Notes: a model not told the origin generated them from the sequence alone. Shown: positions 1 to 10,268, numbered from the stretch's first letter. The stretch: DNA of 64,000 nucleotides from Gemmatimonadaceae bacterium (GCA_051859245.1 JBHYGA010000001.1:1213722-1277721), one strand, 5' to 3'. Made by a program: numbers and translations.

Positions 1-273
1 GGCACCGCGGCGGCGCAACTGCGCACGCGTCACTGGCGCATTCACGATCCGGTGGGCGGCGACAGCGTTGTTGAAGGCGAAGGCGTGGTGGGCGAGCAGC
101 CGCATTTGCTGCCCGGTGAGGTGCATGAGTACCGCAGTTTTTGCGTGCTCAAAGCACCGCACGGATGGATGGAAGGCAACTACCGGTTTGTGCGTGAAGA
201 TGGTGAAGCGTTTCGCGCACAGATTCCACGTTTCGATCTAGACGCCGAGCCGCGCCCCGACACCGTGAGCTGA
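1..273 (+). CDS. apaG: ApaG protein (5'-partial)
   Basis: Frame open from base 1: QLRTRHWRIHD...VEGEGVVGEQP...EYRSFCVL...GWMEGNY, the ApaG/DUF525 signature. Confidence 0.9.
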   Translation, partial: GTAAAQLRTRHWRIHDPVGGDSVVEGEGVVGEQPHLLPGEVHEYRSFCVLKAPHGWMEGNYRFVREDGEAFRAQIPRFDLDAEPRPDTVS

Positions 274-1587
274 GACCGGCACTTCGGTCGCAACCGCGCG
301 CGTCAGTTCGTCGAACACGTCGCTGGGTAGCACGTCGCGCACCACCAGTGCCATCAAACCCGCCAGCGCGGGTTCGGCGATTGGATCCAGATCCGGCGAC
401 GCGTTGTTCTTTGCGTCACCCGTGTCCAGTGCGTTCTCGCTGCGCATCATTTGCAGCAGCGGACCGGCGGCCGCATCACGTTCGGCTTCGCGATTGGCAC
501 GTACCATGGCTTCACCAAGCGCACGATCGGCACGTGCGAATGCCGTGGAGGCGCTGTGCTCTCGCCACGTTTGCACGACACGCGCGTGCGCGTCCGGTGT
601 GAGCGCCGCGAGTGCGCGCAGATAGTCACGAACAGCCGCCGTTTGCGGGCCGTACGGTTGCGCGTCGGGGGCCAGCCGCTCGTAGCCGAGCTTTCGCAGA
701 CCGAGGCGCAGATGTGGCACGTCCGGGCTCCACCCCATGCCGCGCAGCGCCTCGATCCGAATGCGCTGGTTGGAGCGCACCGGCGGGCTCACCACGTCCG
801 AATCGGCTGGCGGGACAAATGCGCGTCCATCGGCTTGTGCCACCAGACGCGCCGCTTCGGCCACCGTGAGCGGGGTGCCATCCGCTACGTTGAGCACGTT
901 CGGCACCGGTTCGTTTCGCAGCGCGGCGTGGGTCCAGAACTGGATGGCGCTGATGACGTCATCGCGCCAGGCGAGATTGAGCCACTGCGCGGACCGTCCG
1001 GCGAGTGACTGCGCATCGCGGTACCGGGCGGCAGGATCGCGGCCGGGGCCGTACAGCCCGGTCACACGAAACACGCCAACGGTCATCACGTCACTCGGCG
1101 CGGCGAGCGCCGTGTCTTCGGCCTGACAGAGTGCGTCGTGCGCCGCACCCTCGCCCGTGCGCGGCGAGTGTTCAAACACCTCGCGGCCGTCCGTGTAGCC
1201 GTAGACGCCCGTGCTGGAGACCCAGGCGAGTACGCGGGCCCCAGACGCGCGGGCGAGGGCCACCGAAGCGCTCGCAGCCGCAGGGTATGTGCTGGTATGG
1301 TCATCGCCCTGCGCGCGGTCAGGCGCGACGGCAGCCACCACCACATCGAACGTGAGAGGTACGATGGTGGCTGGCCACGCGGCTCGCACAGCCTCTTCGT
1401 GTGCGCCGGCTACGGCGGCCAGATCAAACGCGACGGCGTGGCCGCCAGCAACCGGCGCGTGATCGCGGCGACGCACGGTGGTGACCACGGCGCCTTGCGC
1501 TGCCCAGGACTCGCCGAGCGGCCGACCCAGCCATCCGGCACCCAGAATGAGAACGCGGAGCGGCGACGATGGCGTAGAGGGGTTCAT
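238..1587 (-). CDS. NAD-dependent epimerase/atypical SDR with an extra ~140-aa C-terminal helical domain
   Basis: N-terminal ILGAGWLG Rossmann motif, SSTGVYG, GLYGPGR. Confidence 0.8.
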   Translation of the reverse strand: MNPSTPSSPLRVLILGAGWLGRPLGESWAAQGAVVTTVRRRDHAPVAGGHAVAFDLAAVAGAHEEAVRAAWPATIVPLTFDVVVAAVAPDRAQGDDHTSTYPAAASASVALARASGARVLAWVSSTGVYGYTDGREVFEHSPRTGEGAAHDALCQAEDTALAAPSDVMTVGVFRVTGLYGPGRDPAARYRDAQSLAGRSAQWLNLAWRDDVISAIQFWTHAALRNEPVPNVLNVADGTPLTVAEAARLVAQADGRAFVPPADSDVVSPPVRSNQRIRIEALRGMGWSPDVPHLRLGLRKLGYERLAPDAQPYGPQTAAVRDYLRALAALTPDAHARVVQTWREHSASTAFARADRALGEAMVRANREAERDAAAGPLLQMMRSENALDTGDAKNNASPDLDPIAEPALAGLMALVVRDVLPSDVFDELTRAVATEVPVSAHGVGARLGV

Positions 1588-1676
1588 ACCGCGTAGATTA
1601 CAAGGTTGCCCGGGAGTCGTGCACTCCCACCGGGCCCATTGGCGGGCCGCACGTTTCAGGACTACCCAGGAATTTC

Positions 1677-1898
1677 ATGAGTAAGCAGGACGCGATCGAA
1701 CTTGAAGGAACAGTCACCGAATTGCTGCCCAACGCGACGTTTCGCGTCACGGTGCAGAGCGGACACGAAGTGCTGACGACACTCGCGGGCAATATGCGCC
1801 GCAATCGTATTCGTGTGCTCGCCGGAGACCGTGTGACGGTTGAAGTGTCGCCGTACGATCTCACGCGCGGCCGCATCACCTTCCGCCACAAGAACTGA
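1677..1898 (+). CDS. infA: Translation initiation factor IF-1
   Basis: [24 protein letters not shown]...[26 protein letters not shown]. Confidence 0.98.
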   Translation: MSKQDAIELEGTVTELLPNATFRVTVQSGHEVLTTLAGNMRRNRIRVLAGDRVTVEVSPYDLTRGRITFRHKN

Positions 1899-1900
1899 CG

Positions 1901-2803
1901 TCAGTCGCGTTCGCGCTCGCTGACGTCAAGCGGCGAGCTGCTTTCCAGCAACAGTTCCTGCGGGATGCCGTACTGCACCTCGAATCCCAGCGGATTGGTG
2001 CGTGCCGGTGCGGATGGCGTGGAATGAAGCCCCGGCTCGACCAGTCCTTCCATGCGAATGGCGTAGGCACTCGGTGATCGCATCGGCTCATGCGGCGCAT
2101 CATCGATCAGATCGAACGCGTCGTCGTCGAGAATCGCCGGGAATACATCGGCTGTGCTGTCAGCGTTGTTCGTCTCGACGTACTCTGTGTTGACGTAGTC
2201 CGTGTGCTCCGATTGCACTCGCGACGCGCTCACCATGGCGAACAGCGGATCCAGACGCGTCGGATCTTCACCAGCGTCCACGAGCAGCGCGTGAAGACGC
2301 AGCAGCGCCGGTTCGGCAGCGGATGGACGTCCGGAGGCCAGGGCAATGCGCGCCTGATTCTCGAGCACCGTAATCAGGCGCATGTCTTCGTCGCCGTAGC
2401 GCCACTCCAGTGACGCCCGCGCGACGCTCAGCGTGGCCTCGGCCTCCTCGTGGGCACCGCTGGCCGCGAGATACACGGCCAGATCCGAACGAATGCGTGC
2501 CATGGGCGCGTCGCCTTCATCGTCGCACGAAAGCATGCGAGCCGCGAGGGCTCGACGTGCCGACTGAATCGCGGCCTCCGTGTCACCAAGCCGGAACTGC
2601 GACTGTGCGAGATTGCCAAGCAGTACCGCGTGCACCAAGGGCGCTTCCGTGTATCCCGGTGCGAGCTCGAGCGCCTCACGAAAACGCGCGTGTGCGTGCT
2701 CCCACGACGCTTGCGCGCCGAATGAGATACCGTCTTCATTCGCGTGTTCCCAGTTGCGGGCGAGCAGCGGATCGGACGCGTGGGAAATTTCGTGGTTCAT
2801 CAT
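1901..2803 (-). CDS. Tetratricopeptide-repeat protein with acidic C-terminal tail
   Basis: TPR-like helices (LGNLAQSQFRLGDTEAAIQSARRAL; SDLAVYLAASGAHEEAE); start uncertain. Confidence 0.7.
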   Translation of the reverse strand: MMNHEISHASDPLLARNWEHANEDGISFGAQASWEHAHARFREALELAPGYTEAPLVHAVLLGNLAQSQFRLGDTEAAIQSARRALAARMLSCDDEGDAPMARIRSDLAVYLAASGAHEEAEATLSVARASLEWRYGDEDMRLITVLENQARIALASGRPSAAEPALLRLHALLVDAGEDPTRLDPLFAMVSASRVQSEHTDYVNTEYVETNNADSTADVFPAILDDDAFDLIDDAPHEPMRSPSAYAIRMEGLVEPGLHSTPSAPARTNPLGFEVQYGIPQELLLESSSPLDVSERERD

Positions 2804-2936
2804 GGCACCGGGATGACGCCTGCGTGTGTCTGGCGTCACCCAGCGTCACACTCCCGGCATTGTGCGCCCGTCGTAACGGTCCTGACCATTCTGCCCCTAC
2901 TGGCGCGAGCACCGGCACTCCATGCATGATGGTGGT

Positions 2937-3764
2937 ATGTCAGTCGCTGCCGATCTCCGTACGTTGCAACGCACGCTCCTCGCTGGCGCGCTGATTGCGC
3001 TGTGTAGCGCGTGCAGTGGAGAGTCCGGGGAAGAGGGCGTTGGTTTGCCCAAGAATCCGGAGGATCGCGCAGCGGCGGCTGAGCGCGGCGACTCCATCGC
3101 CCGGCTGATTCTCGCGGAACAGGCGATCGCCGATACGCTGGCTCGTGTTGCGGCCGGTGAGCTTGATCCGTCGGCGCTCGCGCGCGTTGGCTCGGCGGCG
3201 CTGAATGAGCCCGTGGCCATGGATACCAGTCTGCTGGCGGCGCCAACCGCACCGCGCGGTACGGGCGACGCGATGACGATGCGTGCAACAGCGCGCGGAG
3301 ATTCCCTCGCGCGTGCTGCGGCAATGCGTCAAGCCGAACGCGACGCGGCGAATGCAGGACGCGCGACCGCTGACTCACTGCGCGGTATTGTGATGGGACC
3401 GGATGTCGCCGGTGGCGCGCCGCTCTCGCTGAGCACACCGATGTCGTCGAATCCCGTGACGTTGAGCGGTATGGCGACCGCCGAGTTGGCGCGACTCGAA
3501 GGCATGGAAGTCGTGGTGCGCGGTGTGCGGACAAACGCGCGCGATCTCGTGGTGAGCACCTTTGCGGTGCGCAGCTACAACGGCGCACCGGTTGCGGATG
3601 GCATACTGCAGAACGACAACGGTGCGTGGTCCTTGCAGTTGACCGGCGGCGGACGATTGCCGCTGGCGCGCGTCCCGTTTGATTTGCAGCCGTACACCGG
3701 ATCGCGCGTGTGGTTAACCACGAGCGGTCCGGCGAAACACGGTGTGATTACGCGTCGGCGATAG
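2937..3764 (+). CDS. Hypothetical lipoprotein
   Basis: Hydrophobic signal ending ALCSAC; long ORF with host-like codons. Confidence 0.6.
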   Translation: MSVAADLRTLQRTLLAGALIALCSACSGESGEEGVGLPKNPEDRAAAAERGDSIARLILAEQAIADTLARVAAGELDPSALARVGSAALNEPVAMDTSLLAAPTAPRGTGDAMTMRATARGDSLARAAAMRQAERDAANAGRATADSLRGIVMGPDVAGGAPLSLSTPMSSNPVTLSGMATAELARLEGMEVVVRGVRTNARDLVVSTFAVRSYNGAPVADGILQNDNGAWSLQLTGGGRLPLARVPFDLQPYTGSRVWLTTSGPAKHGVITRRR

Positions 3765-3835
3765 CGCTACGCGACTGAGCGAGGTTTTCGCGCGGCATTC
3801 GACGTTCGCCGCGCGAGTCGCTGTCTACGCGAACA

Positions 3836-6562
3836 TCAGGCGTCGCGCAGCACCGCCATTGGTGTTTCGCGGTGCACATCTCGGCTGGTGAGCAAACCGA
3901 TGCCCACGGTGAGTGTGACCATCGCACCAATGATCGCGGCGGCCGCGCCCCAGGCCGGCACGAACGTGCCGTCAAACACCCAACGCATCAGTGCCCACGC
4001 ACCACCAAAGGCGAGCAGCATGCCGGTGAATGCGCCGAGTACGCCAAGGGCCGCGTACTCGGTAAACAACACGCGCTGAACCAGTGCACGTGACGCGCCG
4101 AGCGTGCGCAATAGGACACCTTCACGAAGTCGCGCGCGACGCGTTGCTGCAACCGCGCTGAAGAGCACCGGCACGCCGATCGCCAGACAGAACACACCAA
4201 GGAATCGAATCGCAACCGTCACGCGATCCACGATGCTGCCGATCGTGTTGCGAATGACGGACAAATCGAGACTCAACACATTGGGAAAGCGACGCACGGC
4301 ATCGCGCTGAATGCGCGCCAATGTGGTTTGATCGGCGACGTCGGCAATCACCACGAACTGCTGGGGAGCGGCGCGCAGCGCTTCTGGCGCGAACACTGCA
4401 AAGAAGTTGGTCTCGAAGCGTGCCCAGTTCACTTCGCGAATGCTGGTGACCACGCTACGCACGCGCACACCTTGTACGTCCCACACGAGGGTGTCGCCAA
4501 TGCCGGCTTGCAGGTCGTCCGCCAACCCCTGTTCCAGGGAGACTTCGTAAGGACCATCTGCGCCGCGACGTCGTTCGCGCTCCACTGGATCCGCCGTCCA
4601 CGTTCCCTTGAGCAGCTTCTCAGACGGGGACAGTGAGTCGCGATAGGACGAGCGATATTCTCGGCGCAGCGTCCAGTTCGCGCGATCCACGGTGGTGTCA
4701 CGGAGCAATGATTGTGCGCTTTGCGAGTTCAAGCCGGCCAGTCGCATGGTCACAATCGGTGTGCGCTCAACAATCGGCGCTCCGCCAGCGGTAATCAGCG
4801 TGTCGAGCGCGTTGATCTGATCATCCTGCACATCAAAGAAAAGTAGATTACCGGCCGCCGCTGAGTCGGCGATTTCAAAGCGACGCAGCAGGTTACTCTG
4901 CACGAGGTACACGGTCGACAGCAGGAACGCACCGAACCCGAGGGCGAGTGTCACGGCGCGCGTCTGATTCGCGGGGCGATACAGATTCGCGATGCCCTGT
5001 CGCAGCGCGAACGGCCAGCTCGGACGCACACTCTTGCGCGCGACACGAATGAGGACCGTTGCCGCAGCCCAGAGTACGAGCACCGCGAGTGTAATGCCGA
5101 GCGACACGAAGAGTCCTTCGGTCACGGCGCCGGTGCGCGCAATGGCGATGCCAACAATGCTCGCTACTAACAGAATATCCACCGTGAGGCGCGCCGGATC
5201 CTTCCACTCGCGAGGCAGGGCGTTTTCGTCTGTTGCGCGGCGCAGCGCCTGCAATGGCGAAACACGTCGCAGTGCGAGCAACGGACGCAGTGCGAACACC
5301 AGTGCCACCCAGATTCCAATGGCCAGTCCGAGTGCGATCGCACGCCACTCCAGCGTTGGTGCAACATCGAGCGGCAGGAACTCACTGACGGCGCCAGGCA
5401 GTGCAAACTGAATGGCGATGCCAAGCGCGGTACCAGCGGCTGCACCGGCCAGTCCCATGACGAACGCTTGCAGCACGTAGAGCGTGAGCACCTGTTTACT
5501 GCTCGCGCCGAGACATCGCAGCACGGCCACCGTGTCAATCTTGGATACCACGAACGCGTGAATGCCGCTGGCCACACCAATGCCGCCGAGTAGCAGCGCG
5601 ATCAGTCCGATCACGGAGAGAAAATCGGCCAGTCGCGCGACGGCTTCAGTAAAATCTTCTTCGGTGTCGGCAACGGTTCGCACACGTACGCGCGCCGGAA
5701 CCGCGGCCGGTAAACCGGTGGCCGTATCAACGCCGACGGAATCATCAAGGCGTTCGCCACCGCCGAGTGCGCCGGCGGCGCGCTCCTGCGACGATTCTTC
5801 GGCCACACGATCAGCATTGCGCGGATCAATGCGGCGTCGAAGTGCACGCGCAAGATCATTGCCAGCGCGTGTGCCGTTGGCGCCGTCGGGCAATCGCAGC
5901 ACGACTTCATATTCGGCGCGGCTACCCACTTGCAGCAGTCCCATTGCTTCAAGCCAGCGCGCCGACACGAACACACGTGGTCCGATTACCGACGTGATAC
6001 CGGCGTCACCTGGCACATTGCCAAGTGCAGCGGCAATGACAAACATCTGCTGCCCGAGGCGCATGGAATCGCCCACCTGCGCGTCGAGCGACACGAGCAG
6101 CGCCGGATCCACAAACACCACGGGCCGATCGCCGTGTGCGGTGGCCCAAAGATTGGCGGGCTGCGTTTCAATGGTGCCGTAGAATGGATACCCATCACTC
6201 ACGGCGCGCACTTGCACGAGTCGCGTGTTGCCGCTGGAGGCGAGCGCCATCGATGCGAACGACGTCACACTGGCGTTGCGTGTGCCGGCGTTCACCAGTG
6301 AGTCGAGCACGGTATCCGCCACCGGCGGCAGCGACGCGCGCGATGACAGCTGCAGATCGCCGCCGAGCAACGCGCGGGATTGTTCGCGAATGGAACGTGT
6401 AACGTTGCCCGCGAATGAATCGATCGCCACGAGCGCGGCCACACCGAGTGCAATCGACGACATGTAGAGCGCCAGTCGGCGCCTTGCGGTGCGACTCTCG
6501 CGCCAGGCGAGCCGCAGGAGCGTGGTGAGTCGAAGCCCTTGTGGTGCGCTTCCTGTACTCAT
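3836..6562 (-). CDS. ybbP: ABC transporter permease, YbbP/FtsX-like
   Basis: LAWRESR...ALGVAALVAI, YPFYG, NFFAVF; follows the ATPase gene with 4-nt overlap. Confidence 0.88.
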   Translation of the reverse strand: MSTGSAPQGLRLTTLLRLAWRESRTARRRLALYMSSIALGVAALVAIDSFAGNVTRSIREQSRALLGGDLQLSSRASLPPVADTVLDSLVNAGTRNASVTSFASMALASSGNTRLVQVRAVSDGYPFYGTIETQPANLWATAHGDRPVVFVDPALLVSLDAQVGDSMRLGQQMFVIAAALGNVPGDAGITSVIGPRVFVSARWLEAMGLLQVGSRAEYEVVLRLPDGANGTRAGNDLARALRRRIDPRNADRVAEESSQERAAGALGGGERLDDSVGVDTATGLPAAVPARVRVRTVADTEEDFTEAVARLADFLSVIGLIALLLGGIGVASGIHAFVVSKIDTVAVLRCLGASSKQVLTLYVLQAFVMGLAGAAAGTALGIAIQFALPGAVSEFLPLDVAPTLEWRAIALGLAIGIWVALVFALRPLLALRRVSPLQALRRATDENALPREWKDPARLTVDILLVASIVGIAIARTGAVTEGLFVSLGITLAVLVLWAAATVLIRVARKSVRPSWPFALRQGIANLYRPANQTRAVTLALGFGAFLLSTVYLVQSNLLRRFEIADSAAAGNLLFFDVQDDQINALDTLITAGGAPIVERTPIVTMRLAGLNSQSAQSLLRDTTVDRANWTLRREYRSSYRDSLSPSEKLLKGTWTADPVERERRRGADGPYEVSLEQGLADDLQAGIGDTLVWDVQGVRVRSVVTSIREVNWARFETNFFAVFAPEALRAAPQQFVVIADVADQTTLARIQRDAVRRFPNVLSLDLSVIRNTIGSIVDRVTVAIRFLGVFCLAIGVPVLFSAVAATRRARLREGVLLRTLGASRALVQRVLFTEYAALGVLGAFTGMLLAFGGAWALMRWVFDGTFVPAWGAAAAIIGAMVTLTVGIGLLTSRDVHRETPMAVLRDA

Positions 6563-7254
6563 GCCGCGACCGTGGCGCGTGTGATGTCCTGCACCACATG
6601 TCCGTCGGCCAGGCGAATCGTGCGCTGCGTCCGTTCTGCGAGCGATGCGTCGTGTGTCACAAGCACCACGGTGGTGCCGCGTTCGCGATTGAGTTCTTCA
6701 ATGAGCTCGACGATTTTTGAGCCGGTGGTGCCGTCAAGATTGCCGGTGGGTTCGTCGGCGAAGAGAATGGCCGGCGCGTTGACGAATGCCCGGGCGAGTG
6801 CGACGCGCTGCTGCTCACCACCGGACAGCTGCGTGGGGAAGTGATGGCTGCGGCCGTGCAGTCCCACACGGTCAAGCAGTGTGCGCGCTCGTGCAGCGGC
6901 TTCGGAGGTGCTCACCTCACCGCGCAATTCGAGCGGCACCTGCACATTTTCCAGTGCGGTGAGCGTTGGGATCAGCTGGAAGCTCTGAAAGACAAAGCCC
7001 ACCTTTTCGCCGCGCAGTGCGGCGCGTGCATCTTCCCCTAACGCGCCCATATCGGCACCATCAAGCAACACGGTACCCCGTGATGGGGTATCGAGTCCGG
7101 CGAGCAGGCCGAGCAGTGTTGTCTTGCCGCTACCCGAAGGTCCCACGATTGATACGTAGGCGCCGCGCGGAATCTCGAAGGAGACTTCGTGCAGCACGGT
7201 GAGCGGTTTGTCACCGCTTGAATAATCCTTGGATAATCCGCGAGCTACGAGCAT
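6559..7254 (-). CDS. ybbA: ABC transporter ATP-binding protein, YbbA/LolD-like
   Basis: GPSGSGKT, LSGGEQQRV, FADEPTGNLD; probable start ATG at 7254 (MLVARGLSK). Confidence 0.9.
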   Translation of the reverse strand: MLVARGLSKDYSSGDKPLTVLHEVSFEIPRGAYVSIVGPSGSGKTTLLGLLAGLDTPSRGTVLLDGADMGALGEDARAALRGEKVGFVFQSFQLIPTLTALENVQVPLELRGEVSTSEAAARARTLLDRVGLHGRSHHFPTQLSGGEQQRVALARAFVNAPAILFADEPTGNLDGTTGSKIVELIEELNRERGTTVVLVTHDASLAERTQRTIRLADGHVVQDITRATVAA

Positions 7255-7999
7255 GCGTCTGGAGTCAAAGAAGCGAACGAAATGGATTGGGCCTGCGGTG
7301 CTGCTGTGGGCACTGACGGCGTGCGGCGGGAGTGCGCCACGAGATGCAGCGGAATCAACTGAGGGGGCACCGGTTGCGGCAACCGCTGAGGCAAATGCTT
7401 CCGCGAACACTGATCGTACGGCGGGACCCCGCGTGGTGATTCTGGGAACGAGTTTGACGGCGGGCCTGGGACTTGATCCCGACAGTGCGTGGCCTGCGCT
7501 GGTGCAACGCCTGGCGGACAGTGCAGGTGTCCGCGTGCGCATCGCGGCGGCCGGCTTGAGCGGTGAAACGTCGGCCGGGGCGCTGCGTCGCGCGGATTGG
7601 GTGTTGACGGAGCCGGCCGATGTGGTGGTGCTCGAAGTGGGGGCCAACGACGGGCTGCGCGGTGTGGATCCGGACACCACGCACGCCACGCTCGTGGCGC
7701 TGATTGGTCGCGTGCGTGAGAAACAGCCGGCGGCGAGCATCGCGCTGGTACAAATGGAGGCGCCGCCAAACCTCGGCGCGGACTATACGCAGCGGTTTCA
7801 CAACGCCTATGTGGAGGCGGCCGCGGCCACGGGCATTCCGCTATTGCCGTTTCTGCTCGACGGCGTGGCGGGCGACCCGCAGCTGAATCAGGGAGACGGC
7901 ATTCACCCGAACGAGCGTGGCTCGCTGCGCGTGGCGGACAATATGTGGAAGGTGCTGAGACCGCTCATTGAGGTTGCCCCCACGGCGCAGCTCCGGTAA
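7253..7999 (+). CDS. tesA: Arylesterase/acyl-CoA thioesterase, SGNH family (lipoprotein)
   Basis: GTSLTAG (GDSL-like), GANDGLRG, DGIHPN; lipobox LTAC; divergent from ybbAP as in the known tesA-ybbAP layout. Confidence 0.88.
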   Translation: MRLESKKRTKWIGPAVLLWALTACGGSAPRDAAESTEGAPVAATAEANASANTDRTAGPRVVILGTSLTAGLGLDPDSAWPALVQRLADSAGVRVRIAAAGLSGETSAGALRRADWVLTEPADVVVLEVGANDGLRGVDPDTTHATLVALIGRVREKQPAASIALVQMEAPPNLGADYTQRFHNAYVEAAAATGIPLLPFLLDGVAGDPQLNQGDGIHPNERGSLRVADNMWKVLRPLIEVAPTAQLR

Positions 8000-8053
8000 T
8001 CTTCAGGGCTACTGGTTTCTACCCCGATTTTTCATTCGTAACTGACGGTTATT

Positions 8054-8620
8054 ATGGCGCTTACGGCAACCCAGATTCGCCGCGGCATGGTGCTCGTGTT
8101 CGAGGGCGACCCGTGTCGCATTATCGAGTTCCGGCATCACACGCCCGGCAACCTGCGCGCAATGGTGCAGGCCAAGCTCAAGAACCTGCGCACAGGCAGC
8201 TCGTTCGATCATCGCTTCCGCGCCGCGGACACGATCGAAAAGGCGTCCATGGAAACGCGCGAGCTTGAGTTCCTGTACCAGGGCGGCGACTCGTATCATT
8301 TCATGAACTCGGCCGACTACGATCAGTTCGAACTCGATGAAGAAGCGCTCGGTGATTCGGCGCCGTGGATGCAGCCGGGCATGAAGATTCTGGCGGAATA
8401 CTACGACGGCAAGCCGATCGGTATTCAGCTGCCGAACTCGCTGACGCTGACGATTGTCGAGACCGCGCCGGTGGTGCGTGGCGCCACGAAAACGGCGTCG
8501 TCGAAGCCGGCGAAGCTTGAGAACGGCGTCACGGTGAACGTGCCAGAGTTCGTGGCCGAGGGCACACGCGTGCGTGTGAATCCGGCCACGGGTGAGTATC
8601 TCGATCGCGCCAAGGACTGA
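8054..8620 (+). CDS. efp: Elongation factor P
   Basis: YHFMN..YDQ, KPAKLENG.TV.VP.F..G..V.VNP..GEY; loop reads HHTPGNLRA. Confidence 0.95.
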   Translation: MALTATQIRRGMVLVFEGDPCRIIEFRHHTPGNLRAMVQAKLKNLRTGSSFDHRFRAADTIEKASMETRELEFLYQGGDSYHFMNSADYDQFELDEEALGDSAPWMQPGMKILAEYYDGKPIGIQLPNSLTLTIVETAPVVRGATKTASSKPAKLENGVTVNVPEFVAEGTRVRVNPATGEYLDRAKD

Positions 8621-8784
8621 CGCATCGGTTGTGGAGAGCCGGTGTATCGCAGAGCGGCGTGTAAACGTCATGCGTTACACGCCTTGAATCAGACGCACCG
8701 GGATGTTACACTTTTGGGCTCTGGTGCACGTGCAGCGAAAGTGCTGAGGCGTGAAACGGTGAGGACCTCGCGCAAGCGAGCATG

Positions 8785-8858
8785 GTGGCCGTAGCTCAAT
8801 CGGTTAGAGCACCGGATTGTGGTTCCGGGGGTTGCGGGTTCAATTCCCGTCGGTCACC
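8785..8858 (+). tRNA. tRNA-His(GTG)
   Basis: Acceptor GTGGCCG/CGGTCAC; anticodon arm CCGGA-TTGTGGT-TCCGG; G at -1. Confidence 0.95.
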
Positions 8859-8888
8859 CTGGCAGTTCGCGGCCTGTGTGTCGCGTCT

Positions 8889-8961
8889 AGGTCCGTAGCT
8901 CAATTGGTAGAGCACCGGTCTCCAAAACCGGCGGTTGGGGGTTCGATTCCCTCCGGGCCTG
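8889..8961 (+). tRNA. tRNA-Trp(CCA)
   Basis: Acceptor AGGTCCG/CGGGCCT; loop CTCCAAA; GTTCGATTC. Confidence 0.95.
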
Positions 8962-9006
8962 TACCGGTGTATATTGGTAGGCTTGGCAGTTTTGCGGGTG
9001 CTGTTT

Positions 9007-9079
9007 GGCGGTATCGTCTAGGGGACTAGGACACGGCCCTCTCAAGGCTGGAACACGGGTTCGAATCCCGTTACCGCTA
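9007..9079 (+). tRNA. tRNA-Glu(CTC)
   Basis: Acceptor GGCGGTA/TACCGCT; loop CTCTCAA. Confidence 0.93.
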
Positions 9080-9135
9080 TGCTAGAAGGCTATGCAGGAA
9101 GGTGGGTCGGACAGATTGGCGACACCGCCGCGATT

Positions 9136-9207
9136 GGCCTCATCGTCTATCGGTTAGGACGCTACCCTTTCAAGGTGGAGAGACGGGTTCGATTCCCGTT
9201 GAGGCTA
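9136..9207 (+). tRNA. tRNA-Glu(TTC)
   Basis: Acceptor GGCCTCA/TGAGGCT; loop CTTTCAA. Confidence 0.95.
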
Positions 9208-9236
9208 CTGGTGCAGGTGCAGGTGCAGGAAATGTT

Positions 9237-9311
9237 GGGGGCGTAGCTCAGTTTGGTTAGAGCACTCGACTGTCACTCGAGAGGTCGCGGGTTCGAGCCC
9301 CGTCGCTCCCG
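9237..9311 (+). tRNA. tRNA-Asp(GTC)
   Basis: Acceptor GGGGGCG/CGCTCCC; CTCGA-CTGTCAC-TCGAG. Confidence 0.95.
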
Positions 9312-9334
9312 TAGGTTAGAGTCTGCAGGTGATT

Positions 9335-9416
9335 GCCCTGGTGGTGAAATTGGTAGACACGCCATCTTGAGGGGGTGGTGCCGAAAGGCTTCGCGGTTCG
9401 AGTCCGCGCCAGGGCA
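9335..9416 (+). tRNA. tRNA-Leu(GAG)
   Basis: Acceptor GCCCTGG/CCAGGGC; loop TTGAGGG; variable arm GCC-GAAA-GGC. Confidence 0.95.
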
Positions 9417-9511
9417 TACCATCGTGTTTTGTTGTGGCGAGATTCTTCGCACTGTACCTGTGTTCGCACCTTAGGCAGCACCTTGTTGGTGATCGGGTTC
9501 GCCCGATCCTC

Positions 9512-9583
9512 GCCACAGTAGCTCAGTGGTAGAGCACCCGATTCGTAATCGGGCGGTCATCGGTTCAATCCCGATCTGTGGCT
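9512..9583 (+). tRNA. tRNA-Thr(CGT)
   Basis: Acceptor GCCACAG/CTGTGGC; CCCGA-TTCGTAA-TCGGG. Confidence 0.95.
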
Positions 9584-9609
9584 CTTCGTGAAATCATAGC
9601 GGTCTCCAG

Positions 9610-9642
9610 AACGGCATCCTTTGCGGGTGCCGTTTTTGTTTT
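9610..9642 (+). terminator. Intrinsic terminator of the tRNA cluster
   Basis: AACGGCATCC-tttgc-GGGTGCCGTT followed by a T-rich tail. Confidence 0.8.
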
Positions 9643-9739
9643 GCGGTGTACTGTTGGAAAGTTTGTCATACGCGAGACGGCCTGGCAGGCCGTTCACATT
9701 CATCCGGCGCCGGTCGCGCCAATCTACTGAGAGGCGTAC

Positions 9740-10171
9740 ATGCGTCGATTGATGTCACGGGCAGCAGTGCTGATGCTTGGAATGGTGCTGGCCACTGCCT
9801 GCACGGGCGAGACGGGGCCAACGGGTCCGCAAGGCGCGCCAGGGCCTGCTGGTCCACAGGGACCTGTGGGACCACAGGGCCCGCCAGGCACCGGCACAAC
9901 GCGCAGCACGTACTTCGTGACGATCGCGGCCGACGGATACGCCGAGCAGGCGTTGCCGCTGGCGTTCGGCACCAATCCCGCGCAACCGCCGCTGCTCAAC
10001 TGCTTTATCAGCGACGCGCCAAGTGAAGGCATCTGGCAGCCGATCAGTGATGGCATTGGTGGTGAGGATCCCACGGTGTGCGCACTCGTGTTCGACGAAG
10101 GGCGCTGGTATGCGGTGTTGATCAACGCGCCGCCCACGTGGACGGTGGCGTTCATGGTGATTGGCGGGTAG
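9740..10171 (+). CDS. Lipoprotein with short collagen-like (G-X-Y) repeat
   Basis: Lipobox ATAC, then GETGPTGPQGAPGPAGPQGPVGPQGPPG; RBS GAGG. Confidence 0.8.
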   Translation: MRRLMSRAAVLMLGMVLATACTGETGPTGPQGAPGPAGPQGPVGPQGPPGTGTTRSTYFVTIAADGYAEQALPLAFGTNPAQPPLLNCFISDAPSEGIWQPISDGIGGEDPTVCALVFDEGRWYAVLINAPPTWTVAFMVIGG

Positions 10172-10268
10172 CGGTGCGCATGGTGAGGCGTGGGCTGCGC
10201 GAAAGGCGCAGCGCGCGACCATTCAGCGTGCGAAAAGTGCGCGGTCGTGAACGCTGCAGGGGTAGTCA

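Noticed and set aside
8009..8671. 220-aa minus-strand ORF
   Set aside because: Antisense shadow of efp
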